Of a stretch of 64,000 nt of DNA, positions 10,324-20,294 are shown piece by piece. Every line of letters begins with the position of its first letter. The stretch's first letter is position 1. The notes below the pieces were generated by a model. It saw nothing but the letters and a program-made list of their open reading frames with translations. It did not search any database and was not told the DNA's origin. The stretch comes from an uncultured Gemmatimonadales bacterium. GTDB lineage: Bacteria; Gemmatimonadota; Gemmatimonadetes; Gemmatimonadales; GWC2-71-9. Made by a program: the position numbers and the translations under genes. Location of the stretch: positions 2,496,001 through 2,560,000 of the forward strand of contig CAVUAK010000001.1 of the NCBI GenBank assembly GCA_963739455.1, in the 5' to 3' direction.

Positions 10324-10421
10324 GGGAACGTCTCGAGGCTGGTGTCTCGGCCGATCTTCAAAATCGCGACGGACGTCGCTCCGCGAGGTCCGGTAGGTTC
10401 GATTCCTACACGCTCCCGCCA
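10324..10421 (+). tRNA. selC: tRNA-Sec (anticodon TCA)
   Basis: 8-bp acceptor GGGAACGT/ACGCTCCC (one mismatch), anticodon loop CTTCAAA, long variable arm, T-arm GTAGG-TTCGATT-CCTAC, GCCA end. Confidence 0.9.
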
Positions 10422-10550
10422 GCCCCGCCACCCCGCGCGGCTGGCCCCGGCAGGCCCCTTGCACCTTTCTTCACAAGGTCATTGGCCACCCCTATCACCC
10501 CATATCGCCAGCCTATTTGCTCCCGCCACGCCGGGTACCCATCTTCAATC

Positions 10551-11156
10551 ATGGACAGTTCCCTTAACGCGCTGCCGGGTGCAGACATAACCCCACTCGC
10601 GCGCACGCGCCCCGCAGTCCGGTGTGCTAGGCCCCTCCTGGCCTTTGTCGGCACCAGCGGAAGCGGGAAGACCACGCTCATTGAAGCCCTGTTGCCGAAT
10701 CTCGTCGGTTCAGGACTTCGCGTTGCCGTCGTCAAGCATGCGCACTGCGGTTTCGACATCGACAAGCCCGGCAAGGACACGCACCGCGCCGCATCTGCCG
10801 GTGCCGCCCAGGTCGTCGTTGGGTCGCGCGAACAGTGGGCGGTCATGGGACGCATCGACCACGCGCGCACCGAGCCGTCGCTCGAGTGGCTCATCACGCG
10901 CCTCGATCTCGACAGCATCGACCTGGTGCTCGCAGAGGGATTCCACTTCGAGCGCTGTCTGAAGCTCGAGGTCTATCGCCCAGCGCATGGTCGCGCGCCG
11001 CTGTGCCTGAACGACCCCAACCTCGTCGCCATGGCGACCGATGCCACCGTCCCCGGCGGCAGTGTTCCGGTGCTCGACCTGAACGACACCGCTCGCATCG
11101 CCGACTTCGTTCGCACCCGTATCGTGGGCGCACCCAGCCTGGCCGCCGCCGTATGA
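10551..11156 (+). CDS. mobB: molybdopterin-guanine dinucleotide biosynthesis protein B
   Basis: GTSGSGKTTL, VKHAHCGFDIDKPGKDT, DLVLAEGF. Confidence 0.9.
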   Translation: MDSSLNALPGADITPLARTRPAVRCARPLLAFVGTSGSGKTTLIEALLPNLVGSGLRVAVVKHAHCGFDIDKPGKDTHRAASAGAAQVVVGSREQWAVMGRIDHARTEPSLEWLITRLDLDSIDLVLAEGFHFERCLKLEVYRPAHGRAPLCLNDPNLVAMATDATVPGGSVPVLDLNDTARIADFVRTRIVGAPSLAAAV

Positions 11157-11626
11157 CCGCCATCGACTGGGAACCCGCCGTCGCCATCGCCGTCGAGGAG
11201 AATCGCCATCGTCCTGGCGCGCTGCTCCCCATCCTGCACGCCGTCCAGCACCAGCTCGGTCACGTGCCGCCCGACTCCATTCCCGCCATTGCATCCGCGC
11301 TCAACCTGAGCCGCGCCGAGGTCCATGGCGTCGTGAGTTTCTATCACGACTTTCGGAGCGAGGCCCCCGGCCGGCACCTGGTGCACATCTGTCGCGCCGA
11401 GGCCTGCCAGTCGATGGGTGCCGATGGCCTCGCCGACTACGCCCGGCAGCGGCTCGGCGTCGACTTCCATGGCACCACTCTGAATGGAGCCGTCTCCCTC
11501 GAGCCGATCTACTGCCTCGGCAATTGCGCCCTGTCGCCGGCCATGATGGTCGACGGTGAGGTCTACGGTCGCGTCACGCCCAAGCGGTTCGCCGCCGTCA
11601 TGGACGACCTCGAGGCGAAGCCATGA
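11153..11626 (+). CDS. fdsG: NAD-dependent formate dehydrogenase gamma subunit (NuoE-like)
   Basis: LSRAEVHGVVSFYHDF, CRAEACQSMG, YCLGNCALSP. Confidence 0.92.
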   Translation: MTAIDWEPAVAIAVEENRHRPGALLPILHAVQHQLGHVPPDSIPAIASALNLSRAEVHGVVSFYHDFRSEAPGRHLVHICRAEACQSMGADGLADYARQRLGVDFHGTTLNGAVSLEPIYCLGNCALSPAMMVDGEVYGRVTPKRFAAVMDDLEAKP

Positions 11627-13183
11627 TCCGCGTCTACGTGCCTCGCGACTCTGCCGCCCTCTCGGTGGGCGCCGAGCAGGTGGCTCGCGCCATCGCCACC
11701 GAGGCCGCCGTGCGCGGGCTCGATGTGCACCTCGTGCGCAATGGCTCTCGTGGCCTGCTCTGGCTCGAGCCGATGGTGGAGGTGGAGACGCCCGCGGGAC
11801 GTGTGGCCTACGGTCCCGTAGACGCCTCCGATGTCTCCGGCCTGTTCGATGCCGGCTTCCTCCAGGGTAAGCCGCACGAGCTCTCCCTTGGCCTCACTGA
11901 GCAGCACCCGTACTTCGCCAGGCAGGAGCGGCTCACCTTCGCGCGCGTCGGCATCACCGATCCCGTCTCGCTCGACGACTACGTCGCGTATGGCGGATAT
12001 CGCGGTCTCACGAACGCACTCGCTATGGCCCCGGCGGCGATCGTGGATGCGGTGACCACCTCCGGCCTTCGCGGTCGTGGTGGCGCTGCATTCCCCACTG
12101 GCATCAAGTGGAAGACGGTGCTCGGTACCACGTCCGACCAGAAGTACATCGTCTGCAACGCCGACGAGGGCGACTCCGGCACCTTCTCCGATCGCATGAT
12201 CATGGAAGGCGACCCGTACGTCCTGATCGAGGGGATGACCATCGCCGGCATCGCCGTCGGTGCCACCATGGGATACATCTACCTTCGCTCCGAGTATCCC
12301 CACTCCGCCCGCGCGCTCAACGAGGCCATTCGCACTGCCCGCGCCCGCGGCTACCTGGGACAGTCGATGCAGGGCAGCGGCAAGGCGTTCGAGCTCGAGG
12401 TGCGCATCGGGGCGGGGGCCTACATCTGCGGTGAGGAGACGTCACTGCTGGAGAGCCTCGAGGGAAAGCGCGGCATGGTGCGCTACAAGCCGCCGCTCCC
12501 CGCCATCGAGGGACTCTTCGGCAAGCCGACCGTCATCAACAACGTCATCTCGCTCGCCAGCGTGCCGATCATCCTGGACAAGGGCGCGGAGCACTATCGC
12601 GACTTACGGCATGGGACGCTCGCGCGGCACCCTGCCATTCCAGCTTGCAGGCAACATCAAGCACGGCGGACTCGTCGAGAAGGCCTTCGGCCTCACCCTG
12701 CGCGAGCTGCTCTACGATTTCGGCGGAGGCTCCGCCTCGGGCCGCCCCATTCGCGCCGTGCAGGTCGGCGGTCCGCTCGGCGCATACGTCCCCGAGTCGC
12801 AGTTCGACACGCCGCTCGACTACGAGGCCTTCATCGGCATCAGCGCCATGCTCGGCCACGGCGGCCTCGTGGTGTTTGACGACACCGTGGACATGGCGAA
12901 GATGGCCCGCTACGCCATGGAGTTCTGCGCCATCGAGTCCTGCGGCAAGTGCACTCCCTGCCGCATCGGTTCCGTTCGCGGCGTCGAGGTCATCGACAGG
13001 ATCATCGAGGCGAAGGCGCGGAACGAGAACGTCACGCTGCTCCGCGACCTCTGCGACACCATGCTCGACGGTTCGCTCTGCGCCCTGGGCGGCATGGCGC
13101 CGTTCCCGGTGCTGAGCGCGCTCAATCATTTTCCGGAAGACTTTGGCCTGCCCGCCGCGGAACTCGCGACGGCGGGATCCTAG
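11623..13183 (+). CDS. fdsB: formate dehydrogenase beta subunit (NuoF-like), frameshift near 12605
   Basis: GLRGRGGAAFP, CNADEGDSG, GAYICGEET, ESCGKCTPCRIG in two frames. Confidence 0.9.
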
Positions 13184-13202
13184 AGGCATCAGGAGACACA
13201 CC

Positions 13203-16064
13203 ATGTCGCTGCTGACCCAGGAACTCGACTACGGCACCCCCGAGGCGCTGAGCGCCACGATGGTGACGCTCTCCATCGACGGCGTGGACGTGACGGTGCC
13301 GGCGGGAACATCCGTCATGCGCGCCGCGGTCATGGCCGGTGTCAGGGTGCCCAAGCTCTGCGCCACCGACAACCTCGAGGCCTTCGGCTCCTGTCGCCTC
13401 TGTCTCGTGGAAATCGAGGGTCGCCGCGGCTATCCCGCGTCATGCACCACGCCGGTCGACGCGAACATGAAGGTGAAGACCCAGTCGCCCAAGCTGGCCG
13501 ACCTGCGCCGCGGCGTCATGGAGCTCTACATCTCCGATCACCCGCTCGACTGCCTCACCTGTTCCGCCAATGGTGACTGCGAGCTGCAGGACATGGCCGG
13601 CGCCGTCGGCCTGCGCGAGGTGCGCTACGGCTACGAGGGCGAGAACCACCTGAAGGCGGTGAAGGACCAGTCCAACCCCTACTTCACCTTCGACCCCAGC
13701 AAGTGCATCGTCTGCTCCCGCTGTGTCCGGGCCTGCGAGGAGGTGCAGGGCACCTTCGCGCTCACCATCGACGGTCGCGGGTTCGACTCCAAGGTCTCCC
13801 CCGGGCAAATGGAGTCCTTCATGGACTCCGAGTGCGTCTCCTGCGGCGCCTGCGTGCAGGCCTGTCCCACGGCGACCCTCATGGATAAGTCGGTCATCGC
13901 CGCCGGCACCCCCGATCGCAGCGTCACCACCACCTGCGCCTACTGCGGCGTCGGCTGCTCCTTCAACGCCGAGCTCAAGGGCGCGCAGGTGGTGCGCATG
14001 ACGCCCAACAAGGATGGCCACGCCAATCACGGTCACTCCTGCGTGAAGGGCCGCTTCGCCTGGGGCTATGCGACGCACCCCGATCGCATCCAGAAGCCGA
14101 TGATCCGGAAGAGCTTCAACGATCCGTGGCAGGAAGTGAGCTGGGACGAGGCAATCAACTACGCTGCTTCCGAGTTCCGTCGCATCCAGGCGAAGTACGG
14201 CCGCGATTCCGTGGGTGGCATCTCCTCCTCGCGCTGCACCAATGAGGAGACCTACCTCGTGCAGAAGCTGGTGCGCGCGGCGTTCGGCAACAACAACATC
14301 GACACCTGCGCCCGCGTCTGTCACTCGCCCACCGGCTTCGGGCTCAAGGCGACGCTCGGCGAGTCCGCCGGCACGCAGGACTTCGACTCGATCCGCCACA
14401 CCGATGTCGTCCTCATCATCGGCGCCAACCCGACCGACGGGCACCCCGTCTTCGCGTCGCACATGAAGCGTCGGCTGCGCGAGGGGGCGAAGCTCATCAT
14501 CGCCGACCCGCGTCGCATCGACCTCGTCCGGTCACCGCACGTCGAGGCCGACTACCACCTCAAGCTCCGCCCCGGCACCAACGTGGCGCTCATCACCGCG
14601 CTGGCGCATGTCGTTGTCACCGAAGGCCTGGTGGATGAGAAGTTCGTCCGCGAGCGCTGCGAGTGGGAGAGCTTTGTCGAGTGGAAGGAGTTCGTCGCTC
14701 GGCCGGAGCACTCACCCGAGGCCACCGCCGAGATCACCGGCGTCCCCGCCGAGGAAATGCGCGCGGCCGCTCGGCTCTACGCCACTGGCGGCAACGGGGC
14801 CATCTACTACGGCCTGGGCGTCACCGAGCACAGCCAGGGCTCGACCATGGTCATGGGTATCGCCAACCTCGCCATGGCCACCGGCAACATGGGGCGCGAG
14901 GGCGTCGGCGTGAACCCGCTCCGCGGCCAGAACAACGTGCAGGGCGCCTGCGACATGGGCTCATTCCCGCACGAGCTTCCGGGCTATCGCCACGTGCTCG
15001 ACGACGATACGCGGGCACTCTTCGAGGCCGACTGGGGCGTCCCGCTCGAGCGTGAGCCCGGCCTCCGCATTCCCAACATGTTCGACGCCGCGCTCGCGGG
15101 CAGCTTCAAGGCGCTCTACTGCGAGGGCGAGGACATCGCCCAGTCCGATCCTGACACCCAGCATGTCACCGCGGCACTCCAGTCGATGGAGTGCATCGTG
15201 GTGCAGGACATCTTCCTCAACGAGACGGCGAAGTTCGCCCACGTCTTCCTGCCGGGGTCATCCTTCCTGGAGAAGAACGGCACCTTCACCAACGCCGAGC
15301 GCCGTATCTCGCCGGTGCGGAAGGTCATGCCGCCGCTCGCCGGCAAGGAAGACTGGGAGATCACCTGCATGCTCTCGAACGCGCTGGGTTATCCGATGAC
15401 GTACAAGCACCCGTCCGAGATCATGGACGAGATCGCGCGCCTCACGCCGACCTTCACCGGCGTCAGCTACGAGAAGATCGATCGCCTGGGCAGCATCCAG
15501 TGGCCCTGCAACGACGAGGCGCCCGAGGGCACTCCCGTCATGCACGAGGTCGAGTTCACTCGTGGCAAGGGCAAGTTCTTCCCCACCGAGTACGTCCCGA
15601 CCGACGAGAAGGTGAACGGGAAGTATCCCCTCATCCTCACCACCGGTCGCATCCTGTCGCAGTACAACGTCGGCGCCCAGACTCGGCGCACCGACAACGT
15701 CGACTGGCACGAGGAAGACCGCCTCGAAATCCATCCGCACGACGCCGAGGAGCGTGGTGTCATCGATGGCGAGTGGGTGGGAATTGTCAGCCGGGCAGGG
15801 GAGACCACGCTGCGCGCGAAGATCACCGAGCGGGTGCAGCCGGGCGTGGTCTACACCACGTTCCATCACCCCGAGTCGGGCGCGAACGTCATCACCACGG
15901 ACAACTCCGACTGGGCCACCAACTGCCCTGAGTACAAGGTCACCGCGGTGCAGGTCATGCCGGTGTTCCACTCGTCCAAGTGGCAGCAGCGCTTCAAGCA
16001 GTTCTCCGAGCTGCAGCAGGAGCTGCTCGACGGCCGCGAGCCCAGTGCCGCACCGGCCCGATGA
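13203..16064 (+). CDS. fdsA: formate dehydrogenase alpha subunit (Mo-bisPGD, Cys ligand)
   Basis: Fe-S motifs, TCAYCGVGC, CARVCHSPT, LRGQNNVQG. Confidence 0.95.
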   Translation: MSLLTQELDYGTPEALSATMVTLSIDGVDVTVPAGTSVMRAAVMAGVRVPKLCATDNLEAFGSCRLCLVEIEGRRGYPASCTTPVDANMKVKTQSPKLADLRRGVMELYISDHPLDCLTCSANGDCELQDMAGAVGLREVRYGYEGENHLKAVKDQSNPYFTFDPSKCIVCSRCVRACEEVQGTFALTIDGRGFDSKVSPGQMESFMDSECVSCGACVQACPTATLMDKSVIAAGTPDRSVTTTCAYCGVGCSFNAELKGAQVVRMTPNKDGHANHGHSCVKGRFAWGYATHPDRIQKPMIRKSFNDPWQEVSWDEAINYAASEFRRIQAKYGRDSVGGISSSRCTNEETYLVQKLVRAAFGNNNIDTCARVCHSPTGFGLKATLGESAGTQDFDSIRHTDVVLIIGANPTDGHPVFASHMKRRLREGAKLIIADPRRIDLVRSPHVEADYHLKLRPGTNVALITALAHVVVTEGLVDEKFVRERCEWESFVEWKEFVARPEHSPEATAEITGVPAEEMRAAARLYATGGNGAIYYGLGVTEHSQGSTMVMGIANLAMATGNMGREGVGVNPLRGQNNVQGACDMGSFPHELPGYRHVLDDDTRALFEADWGVPLEREPGLRIPNMFDAALAGSFKALYCEGEDIAQSDPDTQHVTAALQSMECIVVQDIFLNETAKFAHVFLPGSSFLEKNGTFTNAERRISPVRKVMPPLAGKEDWEITCMLSNALGYPMTYKHPSEIMDEIARLTPTFTGVSYEKIDRLGSIQWPCNDEAPEGTPVMHEVEFTRGKGKFFPTEYVPTDEKVNGKYPLILTTGRILSQYNVGAQTRRTDNVDWHEEDRLEIHPHDAEERGVIDGEWVGIVSRAGETTLRAKITERVQPGVVYTTFHHPESGANVITTDNSDWATNCPEYKVTAVQVMPVFHSSKWQQRFKQFSELQQELLDGREPSAAPAR

Positions 16065-16330
16065 GCCACGATCCCGACCAGAACCTGGTGCACATGGCCA
16101 ACCAGATTGGCCAGTTCTACGAGGCCCTCCCCAACCGGGCCGAGGGCCTTTCCGGGATCGCCGGGCACATCCGGCGCTCCTGGGACCCGCGGATGCGGGC
16201 ATCGCTCCTCAAGTACATCGACGAGCGCGGTGGGGAGGGGCTACGCCCCGTTGTGCGGGAAGCGATCGAGTTGGAACGGAAGGAACTGACGCCTGATCCA
16301 ATCCAGGCGACCTACGTGAAGCAGGGATAG
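16061..16330 (+). CDS. fdsD: formate dehydrogenase delta subunit
   Basis: LVHMANQIGQFY, HIRRSWDPRMR. Confidence 0.9.
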   Translation: MSHDPDQNLVHMANQIGQFYEALPNRAEGLSGIAGHIRRSWDPRMRASLLKYIDERGGEGLRPVVREAIELERKELTPDPIQATYVKQG

Positions 16331-17012
16331 ACTCCGCAGGCAGTATCACGACGGCACCACCACTCTTAAGCACCTTCCTCCTGCCAAAAAGGAGGCCTCC
16401 TCGGCCTCCACAGGCATGCTGTAGCCTCGACCTCCCATAGTGCTCGCGCTCTGGGCTTCGCCAGGTGAGCAGTTATATGTCGTTGTCTGGTGGGGAGGTA
16501 GCCGGCTCAGAAAGAGGGTGTTCATGAATATGTTTGTCAGGTGAGACTTGAGGAATCCAGGAATGTGTGAACCAACTGCCAGCCCTTTCTTACTCTACGA
16601 GTAGTCCGCATCCCAACCTCGGATCTCTATACCCGGTGACGTTACCCCCGACCTCTGGCAGTGCATCAAAGGTGTAGGACGTAATCCGGGGGTTGATCAA
16701 AACGAACGCCTGCGTCGGTGCGTAGGGAGGCACTACGGCAATAATCTGGCGGTCCGCCGTATCGACGGGCTGCCCGGCCGCCGAATCAAGATCTATGTCC
16801 CAAGGCACTTGAGTTCCCCTTAGCCGAGGTTGTCGTTGCTCTGGCCGTAGAGTGTACCCCTGGCTAGAGAGATCCTGCACCAGGCGATTGCTGACTGCGG
16901 CCGCCCCTCCCTGCTGGCGTCTCCGTTTAGCGTTGTGTGACGCGCTGTACGTGTGACGCAGCGGGGGCGGAAGCCGCCAGCCACAGAAGCTTGCTCGGCG
17001 AGAGCTTGTGTC

Positions 17013-17030
17013 TATGTCAGGACTGACATA
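17013..17030. promoter_or_regulatory. palindromic operator upstream of TA pair
   Basis: TATGTCAG-GA-CTGACATA perfect inverted repeat. Confidence 0.6.
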
Positions 17031-17205
17031 CATTGCCGAGCTGCGGATTGTAGACGAAACCGCCACGTGGCGCATCATGTATCGGATCGACGCGGACGCC
17101 ATTGTGATCGCTGGGGTTTTCAGCAAGAAGACGCCCCAGACGCCTAGGCACGTGATTGAGGACTGCCAGCGCCGGCTCCGGCGCTACGACCAGGAGGCGA
17201 CATGA
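17031..17205 (+). pseudogene. RelE/HigB (Gp49-like) toxin, N-terminal half missing
   Basis: Only ELRIVD..WRIMYRID.DAIVI..VFSKKT..TP is present. Confidence 0.7.
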
Positions 17206-17537
17206 ACAAGACCAAGCGAGCGAAGCTCGAGGCCCGGGGATGGGCGATCGGTGACGCCAAGGACTTCCTGCGGCTCTCTCCTGAAGAGGCCGCTTTTGTG
17301 GAATTCAAGCTCTCGCTGAGCGAGGCGCTTCGCACCCGACGGGAAGGGCTCCACCTCTCCCAGGTGGCCCTCGCCAAGCGACTGGGCTCCAGCCAGTCGC
17401 GCGTTGCGAAGATGGAAGCGGCCGACCCGACCGTATCCGTGGATCTGCTTCTGCGGTCGCTCTTCGCGCTCGGTGCTACTCCCCGGGAAATTGCCGCCAG
17501 GCTTCACCGGCCTCGGAAGCGACGGATTGCCGCCTGA
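17202..17537 (+). CDS. XRE-family HTH antitoxin (HigA-like)
   Basis: LSQVALAKRLGSSQSRVAKMEAAD; ATGA overlap with the toxin remnant. Confidence 0.85.
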   Translation: MNKTKRAKLEARGWAIGDAKDFLRLSPEEAAFVEFKLSLSEALRTRREGLHLSQVALAKRLGSSQSRVAKMEAADPTVSVDLLLRSLFALGATPREIAARLHRPRKRRIAA

Positions 17538-17569
17538 CTGGAGCCACGCTCCGGCGGAGATCGCCCATC

Positions 17570-17884
17570 TCAGCTCCCCATCGTGAGGGTATCGGGCGCC
17601 AGCCATCGCCTGAACTTCCGCAGTACCCACACCAGGACCACGAACGCCGGGGCGATGAAAAGCAGGCGCACCAGTAGCGCGAACAGGGCGCCTGCCGCGA
17701 ATACGATCAGGACCCCGAACGATCGCAGTATCGCTGCATTGAAGAGTGCCCACGCGGTTGCGGTACCAAACACGGTGATGAGCCCGAGGAACACGCCCGC
17801 GAGCAGCACATCGTCGTCACGATAGAAGGTCACCACGGCGACCAGGGCTGACAGGGCACAGAGACCCAGCGCCGCGGCCACCAC
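17570..17884 (-). CDS. hypothetical membrane protein (possibly a fragment)
   Basis: Three hydrophobic segments. Confidence 0.4.
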   Translation of the reverse strand: MVAAALGLCALSALVAVVTFYRDDDVLLAGVFLGLITVFGTATAWALFNAAILRSFGVLIVFAAGALFALLVRLLFIAPAFVVLVWVLRKFRRWLAPDTLTMGS

Positions 17885-18025
17885 TTTGAGCCACTCGAGG
17901 CCCGGCTGTACCGTGGCGAGTTCGCCAAGGAAGGTGGCGGGCAGGATACCGATCGGGTAGAACAGCGCGAGCTTGGCCTCAGAAAGCTATTCAGGGCCGA
18001 CTATGTGTGATGGATATGCCTCTGC

Positions 18026-18385
18026 TTAGCCCTCGATCGGTTCCCCGAACGTGATCCAGAACCGGTTCAGGTCCCGGATGATCAGCTCCCGCATTCCGTA
18101 GTGCGTATCATGCGGTAGCTCTACGACATCCACCCGGTCCTTGAGCCGCTCGTGCAAGGCGTCCACGCCTTCGATTCGCACGTACAGGTCCATTTCCCGG
18201 CGCCACTCGCGGCTCACTGTCCCGGGACTGGAGAACATCACCTCGCCCGCCCCAAGGCGCACCAGCGCCCAGTCCATCACGTCATCGTGCGTGTGTGTCC
18301 GCACCACCATAAACCCGATGCCATGGTACCATGTCACGGTGGCCGCGACATCGGGCACATGCACCATCGGAACCACATTCGTCAT
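18026..18385 (-). CDS. VOC/glyoxalase family protein
   Basis: PMVHVPDV...YGMRELIIRDLN. Confidence 0.8.
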   Translation of the reverse strand: MTNVVPMVHVPDVAATVTWYHGIGFMVVRTHTHDDVMDWALVRLGAGEVMFSSPGTVSREWRREMDLYVRIEGVDALHERLKDRVDVVELPHDTHYGMRELIIRDLNRFWITFGEPIEG

Positions 18386-18762
18386 CGCGCTGCGATCGCC
18401 TCGATGGAGAACAACAGCCCGCGCGGCAACTGGACAATCGGCGTCGAGCGTACCGGCGCATCGGCAGGGAAGTACTCCCCGTACAGCTTGTTCAACTGGT
18501 CGAACGCCTCCGGGTCAGCCAGGAAGCACGTCGTCTTCACCACCCGGTCCAGCCCGCTCCCCGCATCATCCAGGATCAGTCGCAGGTTCTCGAACGCTCG
18601 GCGCGCCTGCACCTCGAAGCCGCCCGCCACCGGCGCGCCCGTCGCAGGATCGATTCCGCCCTGTCCCGCCACGAAGATGAGATCGCCGAGCCGCACAGCC
18701 TGCGAGTATGGCCCCCGCCGCGGGACGTGGGGCGTTGCAACAACCTGATGCCGATCGCTCAT
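18382..18762 (-). CDS. RidA family protein (second copy)
   Basis: GPYSQAV, VVKTTCFL, PVRST, SIEAIA. Confidence 0.85.
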   Translation of the reverse strand: MSDRHQVVATPHVPRRGPYSQAVRLGDLIFVAGQGGIDPATGAPVAGGFEVQARRAFENLRLILDDAGSGLDRVVKTTCFLADPEAFDQLNKLYGEYFPADAPVRSTPIVQLPRGLLFSIEAIAAR

Positions 18763-18770
18763 CGTTCCTC

Positions 18771-19181
18771 TCAAAGCGTATAGTCGAACACGTAGGAGTG
18801 CTTCTTCCCCTCGATGATAATCTGCATCGTTCCCGCCAGCCCCGTCAGTTCCTCCGTCCCCGAGTCCGGCACCACCGTCACGATGATCGTCGACGTGCCA
18901 CCCTTCATGCTCCCGCTGTGCTGCAGGATGAAGCTCCCCTTCTTGCCGTTCAGCGTCCCCGTCACCCGCTCGAGCGCCACGTAACCCGCCGATCCCTCCA
19001 CCGCCGTGAACGCCCCCACCATCTGCCCCTTGCTCGTTCCCGCCAGCGCGCCGCTGAACTCCTTGTCGAGTGACAGCCGCCCGAACCCGCCCGTGTCCAC
19101 GCTGTCATCGGCCGGCAGCGGTACCACCTTCACCGTAAACGTTCCTGTGGCCTGCATCTTTGCAGCCTCCTGTTGGGACAA
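18771..19181 (-). CDS. DUF3224 family protein
   Basis: SAGYVALERVTGTL.GK.GSFILQH, VVPDSGT.EL.GL.G. Confidence 0.85.
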   Translation of the reverse strand: MSQQEAAKMQATGTFTVKVVPLPADDSVDTGGFGRLSLDKEFSGALAGTSKGQMVGAFTAVEGSAGYVALERVTGTLNGKKGSFILQHSGSMKGGTSTIIVTVVPDSGTEELTGLAGTMQIIIEGKKHSYVFDYTL

Positions 19182-19306
19182 CCAACCATAGCCTGTTGTC
19201 AGGCTATTCCCCCGGTCTTCCTCACGTCCTCACGTCTTCACGTCCTCCGTGACGGTTTACACCCCCTTCCTGCGCACTGTAGGGAAATCCCTCGTTCGGA
19301 GGCCCC

Positions 19307-20294
19307 ATGCAGAAGCGCTGGACTACCGCCCTCCTGGCGGTCGCACTCGGTTTGACCCTCGCCTGTGGTAGCGACAGCAACGACGACGGCGATGGTGGTG
19401 GCGGTGGAGGTGGCGGTGGCGGCGGGGGTGGGGGTGGGGGCGGTGGCGGCGGCTCCGGCTTCACCGCCGTCGTCGACGGCGCCGCCTGGGCGGCCACCAC
19501 GACCTCTCAGAAGGCGACGCTCGGGTCGTTCGGCCACATCACGATCCAGGGCAACAACGGCAATGCGGGCATCCAGCTTGACCTGTACAACATCGACCAG
19601 CCCGGCACCTATGCGCTCGGGGTTGGTGCAGGCGCCGTCGGTGGCCTGGGCACCTACTCGACCGCGACGCCGGCGCAGGGCTGGTCCACCCCCGCCTCCG
19701 GGGCTGCCGGCACCGTGACCATCACCACGCTCACGACCAGCCTGATCGTCGGCACCTTCTCCTTCAACGCCACGCCGCTCATCGGCGGGGTCACCGGAAC
19801 CAAGGTCGTCACCACCGGCGTCTTCAACCTGCTGCTCGGCACCACCAGCCAGACCACCTGGCCGCTCCCCGATCAATACGGCAGCACCACCGTCGGAACC
19901 ATTGGCGGCGTAGCCTGGAACGCAGCCGGTGGCGCGATCCAGTTCGGGAGCGTCGGGAGCAGCGGCACCTCCATGGCCCTGGCGGTCAACAACACCAGCT
20001 ACACCCTCGGCGTCATCGACGACCGCCTTTGTTGGTGAGGGCACGTATGGTGTCGCTGATCCGACGGCTGGAGATGCCACCGTCACGTTGATCGGCCCCA
20101 CGACCTCCGGGTGCACCGGGAATACCTGCTGGAACTCGCTGCTCACCGGGGTCGGGACCTTCACGGTCACGAGCAAGACGGCGACACGCATGAAGGGGAA
20201 CCTCACCGTCACCATGCAGCCGACCGCTGGTAGCACGGCGACCGCTCCAATCGACGTCAACGTCAACTTCGATATCGGAATACCCATTCCCTGA
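19307..20294 (+). CDS. lipoprotein with poly-Gly linker and two beta-rich domains; frameshift near 20015
   Basis: Lipobox LAC, about 20 consecutive Gly; continues in ORF 19929-20294. Confidence 0.65.

Noticed and set aside
13203..16064. Selenocysteine-containing FDH next to selC
   Set aside because: The active-site codon is TGT (Cys) and the ORF has no in-frame TGA.
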